This document shows, piece by piece, positions 38,564-48,084 of a stretch of DNA of 64,000 bases. The first letter of the stretch is position 1. Every line of letters begins with the position of its first letter. The stretch is from contig CAWKAR010000027.1 in NCBI GenBank assembly GCA_963847625.1, positions 1-64,000 of the forward strand. Direction: 5' to 3'. The position numbers and the translations under genes were made by a program. The notes under the pieces are model-generated. The model did not search any database and had not been told where the DNA came from. It was given only the letters and a program-made list of their open reading frames with translations. The stretch comes from a candidate division FCPU426 bacterium (GTDB lineage: Bacteria > Oederibacteriota > Muellerivitia > Muellerivitales > Muellerivitaceae).

Positions 38564-39112
38564 GTGAAAATTATTAGAAGGATTATTGGATTATTTTTAT
38601 TGATGTTAAGCACAATAATTTTTTACCCATGTGCATCGTTTGGCCAAGCAGATTTTACTGAAATTGTGGATCAATTTGTAAAACCTGACAAAAACGGAAA
38701 TACTATTGCATATTTTGGAAAATTTGACCTTTATATCTGCAATGGCCAAAGGAAAATTAATTCCTATGCCTTTTTAGTGACTGAAGAGCAAGTGCATGAA
38801 AAGAAATACCATGTCACTAAAAGCTGGATACGGTTTTTTGCCGATAATACTGAAGGGAAAAAAGGTGGTGGTCACATTGACATCATCAAACCGTTAAACG
38901 TCATTGATATTGGAACGCGGTCGGTTTACGAAGTATTTCCTTTAGTTGACAAGATCGTTTTTGTGCTTAATTCAGGCCAGGTTTATGATGTTCTAACTTT
39001 CAAGTGCAATGGAAATAGTTTAGAAAAATTTTCAGAAGTTTATACAGATAATTTGCCCCAAATAATGTTTGGCGAGCCAGCAAAGGATTTACCGGGCAAC
39101 CTTGGTCATTGA
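38564..39112 (+). CDS. Hypothetical secreted protein, AT-rich, possibly truncated
   Basis: SD GGAGG, GTG start, signal peptide ending SFG|Q; abrupt shift to AT-rich codon usage. Confidence 0.6.
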   Translation: MKIIRRIIGLFLLMLSTIIFYPCASFGQADFTEIVDQFVKPDKNGNTIAYFGKFDLYICNGQRKINSYAFLVTEEQVHEKKYHVTKSWIRFFADNTEGKKGGGHIDIIKPLNVIDIGTRSVYEVFPLVDKIVFVLNSGQVYDVLTFKCNGNSLEKFSEVYTDNLPQIMFGEPAKDLPGNLGH

Positions 39113-39182
39113 TTTCACATTACAACTGAAAATCTCACCGTGTGATCACTTTTCATTTAAAAAGTTTTCAGCAAGCGCCAGC

Positions 39183-39296
39183 CTACTCCCCGAGAAACTG
39201 AAGGATAATCTGCCGCTTGCGGGAGCGGTTGTCGAAATCGATGAGCACGATTTGCTGCCAGGTCCCCAGCGCGGCCTGGCCTTCTTGGACGGGAAT
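39183..39296 (-). pseudogene. Orphan 3' end of yjbQ (divergent allele)
   Basis: Encodes IPVQEGQAALGTWQQIVLIDFDNRSRKRQIILQFLGE*, versus FPVLEGQAALGTWQQIVLIDFDNRSRKRQVILQFLGE* in the gene ending at 42004. Confidence 0.93.
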
Positions 39297-39522
39297 GATT
39301 AACTAGGAACCTCCGGTTTAACGCTTAAAACCCTGAACTACTGAATCTGTTGTCTGTTTTTGTGCACATTTTCGATTTATCCTGTCAGAAATCATTCATT
39401 GACTATACTTTTCAATGGCGGTACCGTCAAAATATTCATTTCTATGGCTATCATAAAAAAAGTTCTAAAGGAATATGTCTCAAAAAAATTTTTTGTTTTC
39501 AATATTTTAGGAGGAGATTTTC

Positions 39523-41055
39523 GTGAAAAAGAACTTGTACCTCTTGGTCCTTCTTACCAGTTTCATCATTCCCATAGCTTGTAGTAAAGTTTCTTCTCCA
39601 ACGACCGCTACTGGGTCGCCGGTTACGGCCCAGGACATGAATCAACCCACTTCCATCTACGTTTCTCCATTAACGAGCATTACTTTTACGCCCATTCCTC
39701 AAATCGTTTTGTCTCCGTCATCCAAGGACTCTTCCTGCAAAAAGTGGCCCACCATTTCTTTTACGCCAAATCCTGCGCGAAAAAAACATAGAGACCCATG
39801 CATCGACAGCGGCGATGGGTATGACGCCGGATTGGACGGGCCGGCGACTTTTTACGCTGTAACTACCCCATCTCTGATTTTTGAAGGCCCCATAACTTGG
39901 GGTAATCCTTGTGGTAATTCCACGTGGCTTAGCATTCCTGGCGTTGAAGTACCACCTGTTTATCCAATGGCTGGGATTGCCGATTTAAGGTGCTTTAACA
40001 TTAGCTCGGCAAGTGATTTAAATGGAACTTTTACCCTTACTTATGAAGGGCAGGATATCGTTTCTGTTATCGTAAACGGTTCTGCCGCCAATCAGCCTTG
40101 TACTGATTGCGCTATTACAACCTGTCAAACACTTACGATACCCAATAATCTTTTACAACTTGGCGAGAACAAATTGGAAGTAATCGCAAGTAGTTTCGGA
40201 AGTGATAATATTGGTATGGATTTTGAATTTTGTGGCCCATTCGAGCCATTGTACTGTTTTTCCACCTTTACGCCCACGCTGACGAACACGCCGACCATCA
40301 CTCAAACAAATACGCCAACCCCTACGATAACACCTACGATGACCCCGTCAAACACGCCCACTCCGTCCCTGACCTTGAGCATTACTTCAACGGTTTCAAT
40401 TACAACAACCAACACAACTACTCCAACACCTTCTTCAACTGAAGGATCAATAACGCCAACAGCTAGCCAAAGCCCAAGTGGGAGCCCAACACTTACACCC
40501 AGTCCTAGCCCGACTACCTCGGTAACGACTACGCCGACTTGTCCAGGGTTTGATTATAGAGTTCCATTGATTCCTTATTTCCAAGGTACGGCACCATGGG
40601 GAAGCATGGATTTGGATAGTTCTGATCTTACGATAAGTGCCAAAGGTTGTTTTTTGACTTGTTTGGCAATGCTTGCCCAAATAAATCCAGGGGCATTAAA
40701 CTTGGATTTGAGCAATTACCAAAATGCGATATCAAAAAATGGAAATCTTGATCAATATAAGGCGGCACAATATTTGGGTTGGCCAGACGCCTATGACGAT
40801 GTTCTGCCCGGTAGTACTGATATTGTCAATGCGCTAAAACAGGGTCGTTATGTTATCGCGCATGTTCCTTCAACTACGCCTGCCGGACACTATGTTATCG
40901 TGACGGGGTCTGTTTATGATCCACAATACCCCGGATGCCGTTATACCATCCAAGACCCAAATGGCAATCTGGATTACCATTATTTAGATCAGTATGGTAA
41001 CCCACTTGAACTTAGAACTTTTGGTTCCAATGGAAATACAACACCAGCCCTATAG
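39523..41055 (+). CDS. Lipoprotein with Cys-rich beta domain, long Thr/Pro linker and C-terminal C39-like papain-fold peptidase
   Basis: SD AGGAGG; lipobox PIAC; TPT linker; Q...W...TISAKGCFLTCLAM (Cys), GHYVIV (His), IQDP (Asp). Confidence 0.75.
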   Translation: MKKNLYLLVLLTSFIIPIACSKVSSPTTATGSPVTAQDMNQPTSIYVSPLTSITFTPIPQIVLSPSSKDSSCKKWPTISFTPNPARKKHRDPCIDSGDGYDAGLDGPATFYAVTTPSLIFEGPITWGNPCGNSTWLSIPGVEVPPVYPMAGIADLRCFNISSASDLNGTFTLTYEGQDIVSVIVNGSAANQPCTDCAITTCQTLTIPNNLLQLGENKLEVIASSFGSDNIGMDFEFCGPFEPLYCFSTFTPTLTNTPTITQTNTPTPTITPTMTPSNTPTPSLTLSITSTVSITTTNTTTPTPSSTEGSITPTASQSPSGSPTLTPSPSPTTSVTTTPTCPGFDYRVPLIPYFQGTAPWGSMDLDSSDLTISAKGCFLTCLAMLAQINPGALNLDLSNYQNAISKNGNLDQYKAAQYLGWPDAYDDVLPGSTDIVNALKQGRYVIAHVPSTTPAGHYVIVTGSVYDPQYPGCRYTIQDPNGNLDYHYLDQYGNPLELRTFGSNGNTTPAL

Positions 41056-41075
41056 AACTATAGAAGGAGACGGTC

Positions 41076-41945
41076 ATGAAAAATAAATGGGTATTAATTA
41101 TTGTTGGATATTTTTTAATGAACATTGTGTCAGTAGTCCAAGGAGAAATACCGCAAGGTTATAAAGTGAAAAAAGATTTTTTCACAATATCTACGAATAC
41201 ACCTCCCGCATTATTGTATGTTGTTGATTCCCAAGGCCGCAGAACGGGCATCAATCCTTCTTATTTATCTAAGATCGATCAATATGGGATTTTAGAGGAC
41301 TTACATGGTTTGCTGAGTGAAATTCCTCTTTCAAATTCAGAGCAACAAAATAATGGTGATCCCAATAATAATTTTGCACCTAGTCCGACTACTCCTTGTC
41401 TGATTACGATTCTAGATGGTGGCAATCAAACATATACGATTAACTTGATTGGTATTACTCAAGGTGTTCAAGATATTGTTGTTCAGGATGCTCCCCTTAC
41501 CCCTTTGCCCAAAGCACCACAGAATGAATTTTTCGTATTAATTCAACCCAATGGTGTGAAACAAATAAACGTTGCTGTTAATACTGATGCCCATACAACG
41601 GCTATTACTAGGGTTGTTGGAAATAGCGATCTTTTAAGTGATGTGATGATTGCTTGCCAACAAAACCTGATCACTTCCAAACATGTTTGCAAATATTTAG
41701 AGAAAAAAGCTGAAGCCATCCAGGGCGCCTTGGAGGATAAAAATTACAAAAGAGCAGAGGAATTAATTTGGGATTTTCTCCATTTGCTGGGCGATTCCAG
41801 GCCTGCGGGATGCCATGATGACGACTATCACAATGTCATTGAAGAACCGGCTTTGACTATTCTCAAGGAAGACGCTAAGGCCCTCTCGGCGCAGTTAGAG
41901 GAAAATCAAAAGCATCCCCATCATAATCATGATGATGGGAGGTAA
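41076..41945 (+). CDS. Hypothetical secreted protein with FIMAH-like helical C-terminal domain
   Basis: SD AAGGAG; signal peptide; LYVVDSQGRRTG; C-terminal helices ending ILKEDAKAL; His-rich tail. Confidence 0.65.
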   Translation: MKNKWVLIIVGYFLMNIVSVVQGEIPQGYKVKKDFFTISTNTPPALLYVVDSQGRRTGINPSYLSKIDQYGILEDLHGLLSEIPLSNSEQQNNGDPNNNFAPSPTTPCLITILDGGNQTYTINLIGITQGVQDIVVQDAPLTPLPKAPQNEFFVLIQPNGVKQINVAVNTDAHTTAITRVVGNSDLLSDVMIACQQNLITSKHVCKYLEKKAEAIQGALEDKNYKRAEELIWDFLHLLGDSRPAGCHDDDYHNVIEEPALTILKEDAKALSAQLEENQKHPHHNHDDGR

Positions 41946-42003
41946 GGCCTGAAACTTCTCCAACACCCGATTCTGATTTACTTCTATCTATCTGAAATTT
42001 GTC

Positions 42004-42432
42004 CTACTCCCCGAGAAATTGAAGGATGACCTGGCGCTTGCGGGAACGGTTGTCGAAATCGATGAGCACGATTTGCTGCCAGGTCCCCAGCGCGGCCTGG
42101 CCCTCCAAGACGGGAAAGGTTTGGCTGGTGCCGATCAAGGAAGACCGCAGGTGGGAATGGCCGTTCCCGTCCTGCCAGGTGTCATCGTGGTGGTACCGCC
42201 CCGGGGGCGCCAGCTTGTCCAGCATTTCGGGAATGTCCTGCACCAAGCCGGGTTCGAATTCCATGGTGGTAATGCCGGCGGTGGAACCCACCACCGAGAT
42301 CGTGACGATGCCCTGGCGGCATTTCAGGGACGATAGGAAATCCTGGACTTCCCCGGTCAGGTCCTGGATATGGCTGTTGCCCCGGCTGGAGACATGGATG
42401 GTCTTCGACTCGTTTTTCATGGATGTTGCCAT
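42004..42432 (-). CDS. yjbQ: YjbQ/UPF0047 family protein (secondary thiamine-phosphate synthase)
   Basis: GSTAGIT, YHHD...DGNGHSHLRSSLIG, LGTWQQI; ATG 42432 after GAGGAG. Confidence 0.93.
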   Translation of the reverse strand: MATSMKNESKTIHVSSRGNSHIQDLTGEVQDFLSSLKCRQGIVTISVVGSTAGITTMEFEPGLVQDIPEMLDKLAPPGRYHHDDTWQDGNGHSHLRSSLIGTSQTFPVLEGQAALGTWQQIVLIDFDNRSRKRQVILQFLGE

Positions 42433-42509
42433 AGCTGCTCCTCTCATTGATTCAAATTATTACTCGACTCGACTTCGGCAAATTTCGAAAAGTATATCCC
42501 TAGTGATGA

Positions 42510-42662
42510 TTCCCCCCTTTGAAAAAGGGGCATTTCGGTTTGTGGGTACCATAGGGGGTTTTCCCTATGAGCGCTGTTAGGGAGGGGGGTATTAGTTGTT
42601 TTCAGAACGGTACGGAAAGACTAACTCCCCCTTTATCCCCCTCTTTCAGAGGGGGATAAATC
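42510..42662. repeat. Cluster of REP-like palindromes
   Basis: CCCCTTT-gaaa-AAGGGG, CATAGGG-ggtttt-CCCTATG and TTTATCCCCCTCT-ttc-AGAGGGGGATAAA hairpins between yjbQ and the LysR gene. Confidence 0.6.
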
Positions 42663-42729
42663 CAACGATTTCCGCCTTTTCAACAATTAATCTACCGACC
42701 CATCAAAATAGCAAAAACCATAAGCATCA

Positions 42730-43605
42730 TCATCCCGGGTGGGTTTGCATGATTACCTTCTTAAGAGCCTCGGCGGCGGGGGAAAGCTTTCCCTTTTTTC
42801 TCCAGGCCAGCGAAAGGGTGCGGATGGCCTTGGGTTGGGAAATGACCGGATAGGCCACGCCGGGAAAAGTCGCCACCATCCGGGGAACCAGGCTGATGCC
42901 CAGCCCCGCCGCCACCAGCGCCTGCACGGTCTCGATACCGCCGCTCTCAAAAACCACCTTCGGTTCCAGCCCCGCCTGGCGGAAAAGGTCCAGGGTGATC
43001 TGCCGGAAACCGTGGCCCGCCTTCATCAGGATGAAAGGTTCGTTGGAAACTTGCTTGAGGGCCAGGGATTTTTTCCCCGCCAGGGGATGCTTGGCGTGAA
43101 GGGCTAATAGCAACTCCTCGGCCAGGATGGTTTGCTGGTCTAAGCCGGGCCTTAAACCCGCCTCGTCCATGACCGCCAGTTCCACCTCCCCCTGTTCCAG
43201 GGCCAGGGCCAGGTTGGGCGAGGATTCCTCCCTCAACTGGACCTGGATCTTCGGGTGAGCCTTCCGGAACGCCGTGAGAATAGGAGGCAGGAGATGGGCG
43301 CCAGTCGTGGGCATACAGCCCAGACTGACCTTGCCCAGGGTGAGTCCCGACAGGGCTTTGGCGTCCTCGCGGGCGGATTCCATTTCCTGCAAGATAGCCT
43401 TGGCCCGTGGGAGGAAGGTTTCCCCCCTGGCCGTGAGGTTGCCGCCTTTGCGCGTCCGCTCGAAAAGGGGGCCGCCCAACTCCTCCTCGAGCTTGGCGAT
43501 CTGGATGCTCAAGGAAGGTTGGGAAACGTTGCAGGTCCTGGCCGCGCTCGTGAAGCGTCCCGTCTGGGCCACGGCCAGGAAGTAACGAAGTTGGTGGGTT
43601 TCCAT
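42730..43605 (-). CDS. LysR-family transcriptional regulator (OxyR/CynR-like), divergent from leuCD
   Basis: QLRYFLAVA...FTSAARTCNVSQPSLSIQIAKLEEELGGPLFER HTH; LVAAGLGISLVP. Confidence 0.95.
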   Translation of the reverse strand: METHQLRYFLAVAQTGRFTSAARTCNVSQPSLSIQIAKLEEELGGPLFERTRKGGNLTARGETFLPRAKAILQEMESAREDAKALSGLTLGKVSLGCMPTTGAHLLPPILTAFRKAHPKIQVQLREESSPNLALALEQGEVELAVMDEAGLRPGLDQQTILAEELLLALHAKHPLAGKKSLALKQVSNEPFILMKAGHGFRQITLDLFRQAGLEPKVVFESGGIETVQALVAAGLGISLVPRMVATFPGVAYPVISQPKAIRTLSLAWRKKGKLSPAAEALKKVIMQTHPG

Positions 43606-43726
43606 AAAACCTCAAGTCTTTCACCACAGCGGCGCTTCGCGCCACACAGAACTCTTCGCACCGCAGCGAAGAGTCGTTGACAGTTAAAGATTTTATTTTC
43701 TTATGCCATAATGGATATAAACAATT

Positions 43727-43752
43727 ATAGCTTAAAACTATTATTAATATAG
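43727..43752. promoter_or_regulatory. Putative LysR binding site (ATAG-N7-CTAT-N7-ATAG)
   Basis: ATAG 43727-30, CTAT 43738-41, ATAG 43749-52 in the AT-rich divergent region; T-N11-A dyad. Confidence 0.6.
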
Positions 43753-43821
43753 AATCTATATCTTTTACAAATGACTCCATTTAGAGATATATTTCTGTCA
43801 TTCCAATCAAGAGGTTTTCAC

Positions 43822-45229
43822 ATGAGTAAAGGCACTCTCTACAACAAAGTCTGGGATTCGCACATCGTGGACAAACTCCCCACGGGACAGTACCAGCTTT
43901 TCATCGGATTGCACCTGATCCACGAGGTGACCAGCCCCCAAGCCTTCGACATGGTCGGGGAAAAGGGAGTGAAGGTGGCCTATCCCCAACGGACCTTCGC
44001 CACCGTGGACCACATCGTTCCCACCCAAAGCCAGGCTCGGCCCTTTTCAGACCCCGAGGCCGAGCAGATGATGGGGGCTATCGAGAAGAACGTGAGGAAG
44101 TATGGGATCCAGTTCTTCGGGTTCGACTCGGGCCGCCAGGGAATCGTGCATATCGTGGGCCCCGAGCTGGGGTTGACCCAGCCCGGTATGACTATCGCCT
44201 GCGGGGACTCGCACACCTCTACTCATGGGGCTTTCGGGACACTCGCTTTTGGCATCGGCACTTCCCAGGTGCGCGACGTCCTGGCCACCCAGTGCCTGGC
44301 CATGGACCCCTTGAAGGTCCGCCGGGTCAACGTGAACGGCAAATGGAGGCCGGGCGTCACCGCCAAGGACGTCACCCTTTATATCATCCAGAAGCTGGGG
44401 GTGAAGGGCGGCATCGGCTACGCCTACGAGTACGGCGGAAGCGTGTTCGACTCCATGACCATGGAAGAGCGCATGACGGTTTGCAACATGGCCATCGAGG
44501 GAGGGGCCCGGGTGGGCTACGTGAACCCGGACCCAGACCACCTTCGATTACCTGAAAGGACGGCCCTACGCCCCCGCCGGGGACAAGTGGGACAAGGCCG
44601 TGGCCTACTGGAAATCCGTGGCCTCGGACAAGGACGCCCAGTACGACGACGTGGTGAATTTCGACGCCTCGGATATCGAGCCCATCGTGACCTGGGGCAT
44701 CACGCCCGACCAGTCCGTGGGCGTGAACGGCAGGCTTCCCGAAGTCAGCCGATTCTCCGCCGATGAGGCCAAGACGGTGGAATTGGTCTACAAGCACATG
44801 GATTTTAAACCGGGGGCGCCGATCAAGGGTACGCCCATCGACGTGGCTTTTATCGGCTCCTGCACCAACGGCCGCATCAGCGACCTGCGGGAAGCGGCCA
44901 AGGTGGCCAAAGGCCGCAAGGTTTCCAAGACCGTACGGGCCTTCGTGGTGCCAGGTTCCCAGCAGGTGAAGGCCCAGGCGGAAAAGGAAGGCCTGGACCA
45001 GATCTTTACCGAGGCTGGTTTCGAGTGGCGCGAGGCGGGCTGTTCCATGTGCCTGGCCATGAACCCCGATAAGCTCAAGGGCCGGGAAATTTCCGCCTCC
45101 TCGTCCAACCGCAATTTCATCGGGCGCCAAGGGAGCAAGGACGGCCGGACCATGCTGATGAGCCCCGCCATGGTGGCGGCGGCCGCTATTAAAGGGAAAA
45201 TCGCGGATGTCCGGGAGGTGTTGAAATGA
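43822..45229 (+). pseudogene. leuC: 3-isopropylmalate dehydratase large subunit, split by a +1 frameshift at ~44533 (real lesion or assembly error)
   Basis: [22 protein letters not shown] in the first frame; [23 protein letters not shown] in the second; removing one C in gaCCCag restores [18 protein letters not shown]. Confidence 0.92.
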
Positions 45230-45828
45230 GCAAAATCACCAAAATCGAGGGAAGGGCCTTGCCGGTGGAAGGGAACGACATCGATACCGACCGCATCATT
45301 CCTGCCAGGTACCTGAAAGAAATTACCTTTACTAACATGGGAAAGTACCCCTTCTATGACGAACGTTTCGACTCCCAGGGGAAATCAAAGGGCCATCCCT
45401 TTGATATGCCCCCATACCAGGGAGCTTCCCTCCTATTGGTGAACCAGAACTTCGGCTGTGGTTCCTCGCGCGAGCATGCGCCCCAGGCGCTCATGCGCTG
45501 GGGAATCAAGGCCATTCTGGGGGAATCCTTCGCGGAGATATTCGCGGGCAACTGCACCATGCTGGGGATTCCCACCATGACGGCGCCCCAGGTGGAAATC
45601 CAACGGTTACAAAAGATGGTCAGGGAGAATCCGAAATCTTCCTATGCCGTTGATTTGGAGAAGAAGACCTTGTTTTGCGATGGGAAAGAGGCTTTGAAAT
45701 TCGAAATCCACGAGTCCAAGCGAAACGCTCTTATCAACGGGACTTGGGATTCAACAGGATTGCTCTTGGCCAACGCTGGCAAAACCGCCGAGGTGGCCAA
45801 GCGGCTTCCATACGTCAGCGGCTTTTAA
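45226..45828 (+). CDS. leuD: 3-isopropylmalate dehydratase small subunit
   Basis: [37 protein letters not shown]. Confidence 0.96.
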   Translation: MSKITKIEGRALPVEGNDIDTDRIIPARYLKEITFTNMGKYPFYDERFDSQGKSKGHPFDMPPYQGASLLLVNQNFGCGSSREHAPQALMRWGIKAILGESFAEIFAGNCTMLGIPTMTAPQVEIQRLQKMVRENPKSSYAVDLEKKTLFCDGKEALKFEIHESKRNALINGTWDSTGLLLANAGKTAEVAKRLPYVSGF

Positions 45829-45869
45829 ACCCGGCTGGGTTTTCGAACCACCTTTTTATTTGCATGGAT

Positions 45870-45898
45870 TTGACTTCACCCTCCCGCTTTGTTACCAT
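45870..45898 (+). promoter_or_regulatory. Putative sigma70 promoter of the toxin-antitoxin operon
   Basis: TTGACT (45870-75), 17-nt spacer, extended -10 TGnTACCAT (45890-98). Confidence 0.55.
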
Positions 45899-45941
45899 AG
45901 TGGCATCAATATGGATACAAAACGGCTACAAGGGGTAGAAT

Positions 45942-46274
45942 ATGAAATTTCGCCAGGTTCGTGAAATAAGAACCCATTACGGCAAGGTGCTGGAGGACCT
46001 CCGAAAGGAGAAGAAAATCGTCCTTATGAGTAAGGGAAAACCGGTAGCGTTGCTGACTGAATTGACCGAGGATAGTTTTGAGGAGCGGATCACCGAAACC
46101 AAAAACACGCGTTTCGCCGCGGAACCCTCCGGGTTATACACGGCCGAAGATCCGGAAATACTTAAGGCTTGGATCGGGGAAGCGGAAGGCCGTCGCCGCG
46201 ACTACCTGGAAGGCAAAGCAAAACTCATTCCCGCCAAAAAAGTATTCGCCGGTCTCCGCCAAAAAAACAAATGA
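45942..46274 (+). CDS. Type II antitoxin: Phd/YefM-like N-terminus fused to addiction-module-component C-terminus
   Basis: VREIR...IVLMSKGKPVALL (Phd/YefM); AWIGEAEGRRRDYLEGKAKLIPAKKVF (TIGR02574-like); ATGA overlap with toxin. Confidence 0.8.
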   Translation: MKFRQVREIRTHYGKVLEDLRKEKKIVLMSKGKPVALLTELTEDSFEERITETKNTRFAAEPSGLYTAEDPEILKAWIGEAEGRRRDYLEGKAKLIPAKKVFAGLRQKNK

Positions 46275-46573
46275 TCCGTTTCCACCAGGAAGCCGCCGCG
46301 GAATTGGAGGCTTCTTTCGATTATTACGAGACCCAACGGCCCGGCTTGGGACTGCGTTTTCTCGAGGGCGTGGAAAAAGCACTGGAAAAAATCCAGTCCC
46401 ATCCCAACGCCTGGCCTTCCTTGACGCCGGGAAGAGGACCCTTGCGCCGCCACCTGTTGAGGTTGTTTCCCTACGGCTTGATCTACGAGAGGGAAAAACA
46501 GGACATCCTTGTTTGGGCTGTCATGCATTTGGCCCGTAAACCCGGATATTGGAAGAAAAGGAACCGGGGTTAA
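46271..46573 (+). CDS. Type II toxin, RelE/ParE family
   Basis: MIRFHQEAAAELEASFDYYETQRPGLGLRF...RRHLLRLFPYGLIY...AVMHLARKPGYW. Confidence 0.9.
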   Translation: MIRFHQEAAAELEASFDYYETQRPGLGLRFLEGVEKALEKIQSHPNAWPSLTPGRGPLRRHLLRLFPYGLIYEREKQDILVWAVMHLARKPGYWKKRNRG

Positions 46574-46624
46574 AGGAATTGGCGTTTAACTATAATGGCC
46601 GTAGGCATTCACAAAAGAATTAAC

Positions 46625-47500
46625 TCACCTGAATTCCACGCACCTCATGGACAGCATGCCGTAATCAAATCCCTCGAATGGAAAACGCACCTTGGGTTTG
46701 CCGTGCGTGCCGGCCGCGGCCGCGGCAACCAGAAGTGGCGTGAAATGCTCGTCGGTGGGATGGGATTGGGCTCCGCCGGGGGCTTCCCTATAATTGGACA
46801 GGGCCCCCAGGTCGAACCGGCCGAGGGTATTCTTCACCCACGCGTCAAACTCCACCACCCAGGCCGGGGGAGCGGCCGACCGATCGGAAAAATCCACCAG
46901 GCCCAGGTTATGGGTGATATTGCCGCTTCCCAGGATGAAGACTCCCTTGGACCGCTGGGAAGCCAGGGCCTTGCCCATCGCCAAGTACTCGGAAAAAGAG
47001 ACTCCGGTGGGGATGGAAACCTGGAGAACCGGAATATTGGCGCGGGGGAACAGGTGTAACAAGGGAACCCAGGCGCCGTGGTCCAAGCCCCGGTCCGAAT
47101 GGGTGGCGGGTTTCAGGCCGATATTGTCCAACAAGCCCAGGACCAGCTTGGCCAGTACAGGCGCTGTGGGGGCGTTGTATTCAAGGCCGTAAAGCTCCCC
47201 GGGGAACCCGAAAAAGTCGTAGTTTAAGGGGACTTCGTTCAGGGGGCCCAGGTGGGGGGGCCATTGCAGCCAATGGGCCGAAACCACCAGGATGGCCTTG
47301 GGCCGGGCTTCCCGGCCTTCCTCGGGGTTCAGGAGGGACTCCCCCCAGGCCTTCCAGGCCCGGGTGATCTCGTTATCCTCCGCAGCCAGGGTGGGCGCGC
47401 CATGGCCCACGAATCCCACCGGCATCAGGATTTTCGATTCCAGGTATTCCTTCGGTTCGCCCGATTTCCCGTCTTTCTTTTTGTTTTTATGGGACGACAT
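46625..47500 (-). CDS. Class III extradiol ring-cleavage dioxygenase (DODA/YgiD/LigB family)
   Basis: FVGHGAP, VSAHW, YDFFGFP, RGLDHGAWVPL, GSGNITHNL, HPTDEHFTPL. Confidence 0.93.
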   Translation of the reverse strand: MSSHKNKKKDGKSGEPKEYLESKILMPVGFVGHGAPTLAAEDNEITRAWKAWGESLLNPEEGREARPKAILVVSAHWLQWPPHLGPLNEVPLNYDFFGFPGELYGLEYNAPTAPVLAKLVLGLLDNIGLKPATHSDRGLDHGAWVPLLHLFPRANIPVLQVSIPTGVSFSEYLAMGKALASQRSKGVFILGSGNITHNLGLVDFSDRSAAPPAWVVEFDAWVKNTLGRFDLGALSNYREAPGGAQSHPTDEHFTPLLVAAAAAGTHGKPKVRFPFEGFDYGMLSMRCVEFR

Positions 47501-48084
47501 GGCCGATAATCCTTTCATGTCTTCCGCCCGGAACCGGCGTGAAACAAGGCCAAACCGGGGGGACAAGACCTAATAGGATAGAGATTTTTTTGAAAAAACC
47601 AAGGAAGGAAATAAGCGGTATAAATAATAGGAAACAAATTTAGTTATTGGAGATTTTTCCCACCTTCCAAAAGAGGTTTTGGGTCAAACCCCTTGGAATT
47701 TGCCGCGCGGGGCCCTTGGGTTCCAGGGAAGCGGAAGGTTTTTTTCGCTTTTTACAACAGGAAGAAGGGGCACCGTAAAGAGGCCAAACGAGGAATAGAG
47801 GTTTCTTGAAATCCCGGGAATATTTGGTGCTTCGGAAACGCATGAAGGCTCCTTGGCTTTTTGAGTTGTAATAAAAAAAGGATATCCAAGTCGGGGCGGG
47901 TCCTCTATGCGTTAAATCATCCTGGATGGAAAAATATTTTGAAGGGAGGTGTTGCTTTTTCAACGCCGCTTTATTCTGGATGCGGGAAGAAATCCAATCA
48001 CTTGACCCTTGAACCGGTCGGACCTACCATGGGCATGTACAATAATTCAAACACTTTTTTTGATCGATATTCCGGGGGAAACTC

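Noticed and set aside
47640..47843. Small minus-strand ORF with AAGGAG SD (MRFRSTKYSRDF...)
   Set aside because: 67 aa with no recognisable motif; cannot be supported without homologs or expression data.
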